A DNA stretch of 16,218 nucleotides from Thermoproteaceae archaeon (GTDB lineage: Archaea; Thermoproteota; Thermoprotei; Thermoproteales; Thermoproteaceae). The notes under the pieces were generated by a model. The model had not been told where the DNA came from. It searched no databases and was given only the letters and a program-made list of their open reading frames with translations. This document shows, one piece after another, positions 8,067 to 14,463 of the stretch; position 1 is the first letter of the stretch; each line of letters opens with the position of its first letter. Made by a program: the position numbers and the translations under genes. Location: positions 1 through 16,218 of the forward strand of contig JAJHRB010000035.1 in NCBI GenBank assembly GCA_020833025.1. The letters are read 5' to 3'.

Positions 8067-8167
8067 CGCTCGTGCATGCGCCAGCAAGTTATATTAACTG
8101 CGGCAGCGCGCCAGACGCGGCGGAGGCCTGGCACGAAAGCCTTATGTAATCCCCCTCGCGCCGCTCT

Positions 8168-8440
8168 GTGGGCGAGAGGAGCTTTTACGACGTGACGAGC
8201 GAGGAGGACCGCGAGGCGCTCGCGAGACTCATCAAGCGCGGCGTGTTTGACTACGTAATAGCAATTCCGGAGGACCTCCCGGAGGGCGACATCATAGACT
8301 TGTTCAGGAGGGCGGGCCTGCTCCAGGTGTCCATCGACGCAACGGGCTGGCCGAAACAGGCCGTAATAAAGACCGAGAGGGGGATTTACGTACTGAGGAG
8401 AGTGGAGGAGGGGGTGTATAGAGTCGGCAGGCAAGAGTAG
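8168..8440 (+). CDS. Hypothetical protein (90 aa)
   Basis: GTG-started ORF with protein-like composition, divergent from truA; AT-rich element at about 8137-8149. Confidence 0.6.
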   Translation: MGERSFYDVTSEEDREALARLIKRGVFDYVIAIPEDLPEGDIIDLFRRAGLLQVSIDATGWPKQAVIKTERGIYVLRRVEEGVYRVGRQE

Positions 8441-8479
8441 ACGCGCTAAAACTTTATTAACGCCAGCATGGGAGTCCGC

Positions 8480-9907
8480 ATGGCAGCAACGAAGCTCATT
8501 CCCGAGATCTCGCCTGTAGTCACCTACTCGACAGTGAGAGAGGTTAAGGGTCCTCTCATAGTAATTGAGAGGACGAGAGGCGTCGCCTACAACGAGGTGG
8601 GCGAGGTGATAGGCCCCGACGGCGAGCCGCGAAGAGTGCAGGTAGTTGCCGTCGGCGAGGACTTTGCAGTAGCGCAAGTGCTGGCGCCAACGCTTGCCCT
8701 GCCGGCCAGGGGCTCGACCGTCAGATTCTATGGCAAGACGCTGAAGATGGCAGTCTCGGAGCAGCTGGTAGGCAGAGTTCTCGACGGCAAGGGCCAGCCG
8801 AGAGACCACATGCCACTGCCGCCGCCCGAGGACTTCCGCGACGTGAACGGAGAGCCGCTCAACCCGTACACGAGGGAGTACCCCGAGCAGCCAATTGAGA
8901 CTGGAGTGTCTGCAATTGACGGCCTCTACACTCTCGTGCGCGGCCAGAAGCTGGGCCTCTTCTCCGGCAGCGGGCTGCCGCATAACATGCTCGCCGCGCA
9001 GGTCGTCAGGCAGGCTACCGTCAGGGGGCAGGAGGAGGAGTTCGCCGTCGTGTTCGTCGGCGTCGGCCTGAAGACCGAGGAGGCCATGTTCTTCGTTGAC
9101 GAATTCAGAAAGACAGGCTCCCTCAGGAGGGCCGTTGCCGTGCTCGCCCTCGCCTCCGACCCAGTGCCGGAGCGCATCCTCGCGCCGCGCGTCGGGCTGA
9201 CGATCGCCGAGTACCTCGCGTGGGAGCTCGGGTACCACGTCCTGGCAATAATAACCGACATGACGAACTACTGCGAGGCGCTGAGAGAGCTGTCGTCCGG
9301 CAGGGGAGAGCTGCCCGGCAGGCGCGGCTATCCGGGCTACATGTACACTGACCTGGCCACGATATACGAAAGGGCCGGCATAGCGCGCGGCAGGAAGGGA
9401 TCCCTCACGCAGCTGCCGGTCCTGACAATGCCGCACGACGACATCACGCACCCGATACCAGACCTGTCGGGCTATATCACCGAGGGGCAGCTGGTCCTCA
9501 GCAGGTCAATGTGGGGCAAGGGCATTTACCCGCCGTTTGACGTCATCATGTCACTGTCGCGCCTGGCCAAGGACGCAATCGGCGAGGGCAAGACTAGAGA
9601 GGACCACAAGGACGTTGCGTACACGCTAATCTCGGCGTACGCCAAGGCACTCGAGACCAGAAGCCTCGCGACACTTGTCGGGGAGCGCAATCTAGGGTGG
9701 AGAGAGCGGCGCTACCTCCGCTTTGCGGACGCGTTCGAGCAGAAGTTCATCAGACAGGGATTCTACGAGAGGCGCTCATTCGAGGAAACGCTGGACATAG
9801 GCTGGGACGTCATGTCAATACTGCCCGAGGACGAGCTGACTAATGCCAGGCCCCACATAACGCAGAAGTACTACCGCAAGCACATCTTCGAGAGCGTAAA
9901 GGTATAG
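8480..9907 (+). CDS. atpB: A/V-type ATP synthase subunit B
   Basis: [85 protein letters not shown]. Start at 8480 is preferred over 8468 because TTTATTAA (8453-8460) is too close to 8468. Confidence 0.95.
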   Translation: MAATKLIPEISPVVTYSTVREVKGPLIVIERTRGVAYNEVGEVIGPDGEPRRVQVVAVGEDFAVAQVLAPTLALPARGSTVRFYGKTLKMAVSEQLVGRVLDGKGQPRDHMPLPPPEDFRDVNGEPLNPYTREYPEQPIETGVSAIDGLYTLVRGQKLGLFSGSGLPHNMLAAQVVRQATVRGQEEEFAVVFVGVGLKTEEAMFFVDEFRKTGSLRRAVAVLALASDPVPERILAPRVGLTIAEYLAWELGYHVLAIITDMTNYCEALRELSSGRGELPGRRGYPGYMYTDLATIYERAGIARGRKGSLTQLPVLTMPHDDITHPIPDLSGYITEGQLVLSRSMWGKGIYPPFDVIMSLSRLAKDAIGEGKTREDHKDVAYTLISAYAKALETRSLATLVGERNLGWRERRYLRFADAFEQKFIRQGFYERRSFEETLDIGWDVMSILPEDELTNARPHITQKYYRKHIFESVKV

Positions 9908-9934
9908 CGCGGTAGCAAGCTGGTTTTAGCGCGC

Positions 9935-9950
9935 CTATTTTCTTTCCGGC
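9935..9950 (+). terminator. Possible pyrimidine-rich archaeal terminator after atpB
   Basis: TATTTTCTTTCC tract about 30 nt after the atpB stop. Confidence 0.3.
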
Positions 9951-10020
9951 CTTCCGGGCGCTTTGGATTGAGCGAGCGGCCCTAGCGCCTGCGTTTTTTA
10001 CGCCCGGCCCGCTCTCTGCA

Positions 10021-10410
10021 GTGCGCTGCTCTGGGCACTTGTGCGTCCGCGTGGAGATAGTGAGGGATCCCGTCGAGAGGGTTGAAAGCAGCGATGAGGT
10101 CACAGTAATTTGCGTCAAGCCCGAGGCCGTCTCGAGCTGGCTCGAGCTCGCCCAGGCGCTGTACTATGCATATCACTGGCGCGGGCCTGCGAGGAATCCT
10201 GCCGTGTCTGCGCTAATGTACCTCGCGCAAAACGACCAGATAAGAGAGGCAGTGAAGGTCTCGGCAGTTGGCGGCGCGGAGGCGATATGCGCAGCGCTAG
10301 GCCCGCGCGAGGCGCTGGCTGCAAGAAAGCCGCTGGGCGAGCCGTACCTCCCCGAGGGTCGCTGGGATCCGTGGAAGGTCACCAGATTTGCCCTGGATCT
10401 GGTCGCGTAG
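10021..10410 (+). CDS. Probable KEOPS complex subunit Cgi121-like protein (short, divergent)
   Basis: ALYYAY..GPARNPAVSALMYLAQNDQIREAVK resembles the Cgi121 'N.a.n...e.llyla...QI..Ai' core; T-rich TATA-like element at about 9994-10000. Confidence 0.5.
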   Translation: MRCSGHLCVRVEIVRDPVERVESSDEVTVICVKPEAVSSWLELAQALYYAYHWRGPARNPAVSALMYLAQNDQIREAVKVSAVGGAEAICAALGPREALAARKPLGEPYLPEGRWDPWKVTRFALDLVA

Positions 10411-10429
10411 CCGCGCGCCGGAGGAATGC

Positions 10430-10436
10430 TTAAATA
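10430..10436 (+). promoter_or_regulatory. TATA box (TTAAATA) upstream of the tRNA 5'-half
   Basis: About 30 nt before 10465, with purine-rich GAGGAA upstream; no ORF starts downstream. Confidence 0.65.
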
Positions 10437-10464
10437 ATTGCGCGGCAAATCCTCGCGACCGCGA

Positions 10465-10514
10465 GGGCCCGTAGCTTAGCCCGGTAGAGCGCCCAGGGGC
10501 GATTCCCGCGCAGG
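10465..10514 (+). tRNA. tRNA 5' fragment (positions 1-30, Ile-like) with a 19-nt intron at 29/30 (10495-10513); anticodon and 3' half absent
   Basis: GGGCCCG TA GCTT AGCCCGGTA GAGC G CCC gives acceptor 5' strand plus complete D-arm. BHB: G24-C27 (GCGC, 10489-92) pairs with GCGC 10508-11; bulges CC|A and AG|G; intron stem GGG/CCC. No T-arm or CGGGCCC was seen downstream. Confidence 0.75.
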
Positions 10515-10705
10515 TGTCGGCGGCGGCCGGCTTTCCCCTCCTCTCACCCAGCGCAAAGTTCAGCTCGCCGGCCAGCCAAGCCGCCCGCGGCGCGTGCCGA
10601 CAGTAGCATGCATGTTGCCTGGCGGCACCAATCCCTGAGGGCTAGAGACTCCAAGCTCCTGCACGCGAGATCGCGGCTGCCACCATGGAGTCTACAGAGA
10701 GCGAC

Positions 10706-10812
10706 TGGTGCGGGGGGTGGGATTTGAACCCACGCAGGCCTACGCCACAGGGTCTTGTGGGCCGGCTAATGCCGAAAGCCCTGCCCCTTTGACCTGGCTC
10801 GGGCACCCCCGC
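10706..10812 (-). tRNA. tRNA-Leu(UAA) with a 19-nt intron at 34/35 (10775-10757) and encoded CCA
   Basis: GCGGGGG/CCCCCGC acceptor stem, CAGGG/CCCTG anticodon stem, long variable arm, GTGGG-TTCAAAT-CCCAC T-arm, ACCA end. BHB geometry (helix GGGC/GCCC, bulges TT|T and AC|A) yields loop CU-UAA-GA. Confidence 0.9.
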
Positions 10813-10835
10813 CCCTGGCAGTCCCAGCGCGCTGC

Positions 10836-10842
10836 TTTTTAA
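10836..10842 (-). promoter_or_regulatory. TATA box (TTAAAAA) of tRNA-Leu
   Basis: 24-30 nt before the tRNA 5' end, preceded by GTAAAGG (BRE-like). Confidence 0.65.
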
Positions 10843-10859
10843 GCCTTTACTCGCTCGAC

Positions 10860-10909
10860 GGCACAAGAGGGCACTGCCCCTCCCCAAAGGGACAGGGCCC
10901 TCTTGTGCC
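10860..10909. repeat. Perfect 13-bp inverted repeat forming a 50-nt hairpin
   Basis: GGCACAAGAGGGC (10860-72) / GCCCTCTTGTGCC (10897-909), with a further imperfect inner stem. Confidence 0.85.
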
Positions 10910-11037
10910 CTGAAATTATTTTCAGCCCATAATTGCACTCCGCGCGCTTGAGGAAATTCACAATTTAGTTTCGTGAAGCTGGCTCGCTGGCGCATGAGCC
11001 GCGCGCTGCGCAGAGCTCCCACCGAGACGGAAAGCCG

Positions 11038-11208
11038 TCAGCCGCAGGAACAGCCCCCGCCGCTGCTACTCACGAGAATTCTATTCTCAGCCGCTAGTTT
11101 TGACCAGCACGAAGGGCAGATGAGCGCAAAGCCCATGCCCTTGACGTTCGCTTCGAGCAACGGCGTGTTGTCGCGGCCGCAGATGGCACATCGGTATGCG
11201 CCTGCCAT
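11038..11208 (-). CDS. Small putative zinc-binding protein (56 aa)
   Basis: MAGAYRCAICG...LICPSCW...GGGCSCG. TTTTAAAT (11238-11231) lies about 23-30 nt before ATG 11208. Confidence 0.65.
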   Translation of the reverse strand: MAGAYRCAICGRDNTPLLEANVKGMGFALICPSCWSKLAAENRILVSSSGGGCSCG

Positions 11209-11283
11209 GTATAAAGACTGCACAGGGATAATTTAAAAGGGTGACACCGCGAGGCTTAAATATTCCAGCACAAACCGCGCGCT

Positions 11284-11517
11284 GTGGCTGAGGAGGTTAA
11301 GCTCTCGCCTTACGAGGACGCCGTGGCGGCACTAGTTGTGCAGATACTCGGCAGAACTGGCATCGCCGGCGAGGTGACGCAGGTCAAGGTAAAGGTGCTT
11401 GAGGGGCGCGACAAAGGACGCATCTTAACGAGAAACGTAAAGGGACCTGTCAGAGTTGGCGACATACTGATGCTCAGAGAGACTGAGAGAGAGGCGAGGA
11501 AGCTCGCGGCGCGATGA
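11284..11517 (+). CDS. rps28e: 30S ribosomal protein S28e
   Basis: [53 protein letters not shown]; TTAAATA at 11256-62. Confidence 0.97.
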   Translation: MAEEVKLSPYEDAVAALVVQILGRTGIAGEVTQVKVKVLEGRDKGRILTRNVKGPVRVGDILMLRETEREARKLAAR

Positions 11518-11723
11518 AAATATATAAGTGCTCTTTCTGCGGCTCCGCAATACTGCCGGGCTACGGCATGGTGTACGCTAAGACTGACGGCACGGTTCTC
11601 AGATTCTGCAGTAGGAAGTGTTTCGTCAGCATGGTGAAATTTAGGAGGGACCCGAGAGGGCAGGCGTGGGTGAGAAAGGAAAAGAGGGAGCGGGCGCCTG
11701 CCGCCTCGCAGAAAGCCGGCTAG
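11514..11723 (+). CDS. rpl24e: 50S ribosomal protein L24e
   Basis: [27 protein letters not shown]...RDPR...W; ATGA overlap with rps28e. Confidence 0.97.
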   Translation: MKIYKCSFCGSAILPGYGMVYAKTDGTVLRFCSRKCFVSMVKFRRDPRGQAWVRKEKRERAPAASQKAG

Positions 11724-11776
11724 CCCTCTCTGAGGCGGGCGCGATGGGACTTCCAGCGCTGCCCCCACGCGCTCTT

Positions 11777-12265
11777 TCACTTCCTGGCGGTGCCTGCCTG
11801 CGCTGGTGCCGCCGTGCCGGAGGGCAACGGTATTGCATTAAGACCGTACTTTAGTCGTATTTCATTCAGCTTCGACACAAGCGCCTCCAGCTCTGCGGCC
11901 GCCTGTCCCGGATCTATTACAACCGCAGACGCCGCTGCCACGTTTATGCCTGCAGCCTTCCCGAGCCTCTCCTTGGAGGGCACATAGACGTACGGGACTT
12001 TCTTCTCCTCGCAGAGCAGCGGCAGGTGCGCCACCACCTCCGGCGGGTCTACGTCCTCAGCTATTAGCACGAGCTTTGCGAGACCCCTCTCAACGGCCTT
12101 TGTTGTCTCGTTCGTCCCCTTCTTGACCCTGCCCGTCTGCCGCGCCACTGAGAGCAGCTCGAGCGCCTTCTCTGCCAGCTCCTTGGGTACTTCGAACCTC
12201 ACGTAAAATGGCTTGCCTGCTATCGGATTGGCGTAAAAGGCTTTTGGGTCTATTGTAATTGTCAC
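11777..12265 (-). CDS. rpl7ae: 50S ribosomal protein L7Ae (K-turn-binding protein)
   Basis: [54 protein letters not shown] 12265 start with TTTAAATA (12295-12288) upstream. Confidence 0.97.
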   Translation of the reverse strand: MTITIDPKAFYANPIAGKPFYVRFEVPKELAEKALELLSVARQTGRVKKGTNETTKAVERGLAKLVLIAEDVDPPEVVAHLPLLCEEKKVPYVYVPSKERLGKAAGINVAAASAVVIDPGQAAAELEALVSKLNEIRLKYGLNAIPLPSGTAAPAQAGTARK

Positions 12266-12286
12266 GGCGGTGCGTGTAAGCACTGG

Positions 12287-13405
12287 CTATTTAAATTTAA
12301 GCCCTTTGCGCGCTCTTTCTAGAGTCTCGCGCGGTAGAGTTCTCGCGGGTTTCTCGCCGACTAGCCCCTGGGGCCTAAATATCAAAATTAATATAATTGC
12401 AATGCCGAACACCATGTACTGGAAGTAGACAGGGTCTATTTTCGCGCCAGTTGCTGCAACAATTGCCCCCACTATGCTCTCCTTAAACACCGTTAAGAGG
12501 CGGTCTGTGGCGATGTAAATAGCGACGCCCAGCAGCGCGCCCGCGTTATTGCCCATCCCGCCGACGACGAGCATGGCCCACGCGATAAACGTCAAGACTG
12601 GTGTGAATTGTCCCATGTTGGTGTAGTACATGTAGAATGCGAGGAGGGCGCCGGCAATACCGCTTAACGCCGACGCCACGACAAACACGCAGGCCCTGAA
12701 CCTCGCCGCGTCCTTCCCGAAGGCAGCCGCGGCTGTCTCGGCATCCCTAATGGCTCTCAGCGCGCGGCCGAACGGGGAGTTGCAGAGCCGCTCGAGCACG
12801 ATAAAGGCGAGGAGCAGGAATGCAAGCAGAACGGCCAGATAGCCCCACGGCCTGCCATCTCCCATCCACGCGAAGGGATCTGGGACCACCCTCCCGTATA
12901 CACCGCACGCGAGCTGCGGCGTGTACACAGTAACAACCCTGACAATCTCAGCGCTCACGAGCAGAAGTATGCCGAGGTAGTCCTCCCGCAGTCTTATTGC
13001 AGGCCACGCTGCGAGAAGCCCGAACGCCCCTGCCAGCACCGCAGCCAGCACGACCGACCCGGCGAAGAACGCCAGGCCCTCGGGCAGCGAGCTCTTAAAT
13101 GCCTCGTTTATCACTGCAACGGCCTGGTACTGGTACGCCCTGCAGTACTCCATCGCATCTGCCACCGGGCTGAAGCCCAGTCTCGCCGCTATCACGCCCT
13201 CGTAGGCGAGCATGGCGGTCCACGTCGTAATGCCGCCGACGGCAAAGCCCCCCAGCGCTAGGAACATCACCTTGCCGAACTGCGGGAGGCCCAGGTAACC
13301 CGCTTCGAGGTTCAGGCTCAGCACGTAAATTCCGTAAATTGCGAGAAACGCGAGAGTCTCCCTCAGCAGCACAATAACGAGGCCGGGGTCTAGCTGCAGC
13401 TGCAT
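12287..13405 (-). CDS. livM: Branched-chain amino acid ABC transporter permease (LivM type)
   Basis: LSLNLEAGYLGLPQFG, LREDYLGI, SPFGRALRAIRDAETAAAAFGK, VVGGMGN motifs; ATG 13405 follows the livH stop. Confidence 0.85.
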   Translation of the reverse strand: MQLQLDPGLVIVLLRETLAFLAIYGIYVLSLNLEAGYLGLPQFGKVMFLALGGFAVGGITTWTAMLAYEGVIAARLGFSPVADAMEYCRAYQYQAVAVINEAFKSSLPEGLAFFAGSVVLAAVLAGAFGLLAAWPAIRLREDYLGILLLVSAEIVRVVTVYTPQLACGVYGRVVPDPFAWMGDGRPWGYLAVLLAFLLLAFIVLERLCNSPFGRALRAIRDAETAAAAFGKDAARFRACVFVVASALSGIAGALLAFYMYYTNMGQFTPVLTFIAWAMLVVGGMGNNAGALLGVAIYIATDRLLTVFKESIVGAIVAATGAKIDPVYFQYMVFGIAIILILIFRPQGLVGEKPARTLPRETLERARKGLKFK

Positions 13406-13409
13406 GCCG

Positions 13410-14354
13410 TCATCCCCTGCGTGCAAGCGCCCTCTCGATAACCTCGACGAGACCTTGAGGCGCCAGCAGCAGCACTATGACAACCATGGCAAACGGTATT
13501 ACGAGCTGGAATTCAAGCGGCACATGCAGCGGCGCCAGTAAGTACGCGCCGCCGAGCACCATGCTCGCGCCCGTCAAGTAGCCGCCGAGCATGGCTCCGT
13601 AAACCCTCGAGAGGCCCCCGACGATAGACGCGGCAAAGACGACGGGCAGCTGGAACCAGCCTAGCTCCTCGGTCAGCGGGAATATCATTGCCGCGTAGAT
13701 CCCGGCTATTCCGGTCACGGCGCCTATTAGAAGCCACGTCACCATGAAGACTCTCTCGATGTCGATTCCCATGACCTTTGCAAGCTGCATGTTGTCAACG
13801 CTGGCCCTCATTATGACGCCGTACCGGGTCTTGTAGAGCAGCAGATAGAGCAGCACGGCGATTGCGGCGAGAGCTAGCGTGCTGTTTATCGCCGTAGACA
13901 TCATGGCGTCAGTGCCTGGCCACACATACTCCCATTGAAACAGCTGCGCGTTCCTGATGATAATTCCGTGCCTGCTCTGGACACAGTCTGTGAGAATTGC
14001 AAGCACAGCATATATGAGGAAGTGAGCGCCGAACGACGCAATCATCAGCGTTGTCACGCTGGCGCCGCGCCTTACGAGCGGCCTGAACACCGCGTTGTAC
14101 ACGGCAAACGCGACTAGGCCTGCTGCCAGCGCGGCCAGCGGGAAGGTGACATAGACGCTGGCGGGCAGTCCCAGCGGCCTCAGGAACAGCAATATCGTGA
14201 GGTAGCACGTATACGCCCCGACCGTTGCGAGGTCCCCGTGCGCGAACGACGGGATTCTGGTCGTGATGTACGTCAAGCTCAAGCCGAGACTGAACAAAGA
14301 GTATACATTAGAGGCTATCACGGCCCTCTCCAGCGTCAGATAGTCGACCTGCAC
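13410..14354 (-). CDS. livH: Branched-chain amino acid ABC transporter permease (LivH type)
   Basis: YSLFSLGLSLTY....SFAHGD, TRYGVIMRASVDN..LAKVMGI, ASIVGGL; GGAGGU just before the GTG. Confidence 0.85.
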   Translation of the reverse strand: MQVDYLTLERAVIASNVYSLFSLGLSLTYITTRIPSFAHGDLATVGAYTCYLTILLFLRPLGLPASVYVTFPLAALAAGLVAFAVYNAVFRPLVRRGASVTTLMIASFGAHFLIYAVLAILTDCVQSRHGIIIRNAQLFQWEYVWPGTDAMMSTAINSTLALAAIAVLLYLLLYKTRYGVIMRASVDNMQLAKVMGIDIERVFMVTWLLIGAVTGIAGIYAAMIFPLTEELGWFQLPVVFAASIVGGLSRVYGAMLGGYLTGASMVLGGAYLLAPLHVPLEFQLVIPFAMVVIVLLLAPQGLVEVIERALARRG

Positions 14355-14463
14355 CAGACCTCCGGTGAGGCCCGTTATAGAAATATTGCGGCGCCGCTCT
14401 AGTTGCGCCCCGAAAGGGGCCGGGCAGCGCGCAAGGCTTTAAAATAGCATGCCGTTGCGCGTC

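Noticed and set aside
7982-9451. 489-aa minus-strand ORF
   Set aside because: Antisense shadow of atpB and the 90-aa gene; no motifs; such shadows are common at high GC.
10608-10690. Box C/D sRNA (CTGA at 10635-38; GCGGCTGCCACCA resembling antisense to 16S near position 520)
   Set aside because: No convincing C or C' box (RUGAUGA). A 12-13 nt near-match to rRNA is expected by chance, and the organism's rRNA sequence is not available.
10514-10705. A cis 3' half of the tRNA fragment after one or more further introns
   Set aside because: Tested GGCT at 10529-32 and GGCG at 10519-25 and 10621-24 as exon or BHB partners. None gives a valid anticodon arm, and no T-arm or acceptor 3' strand follows.
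10642-11022. 126-aa minus-strand ORF and 10973..11236 plus-strand ORF
   Set aside because: The first runs through tRNA-Leu; the second is antisense to the better-supported Cys-rich microprotein.
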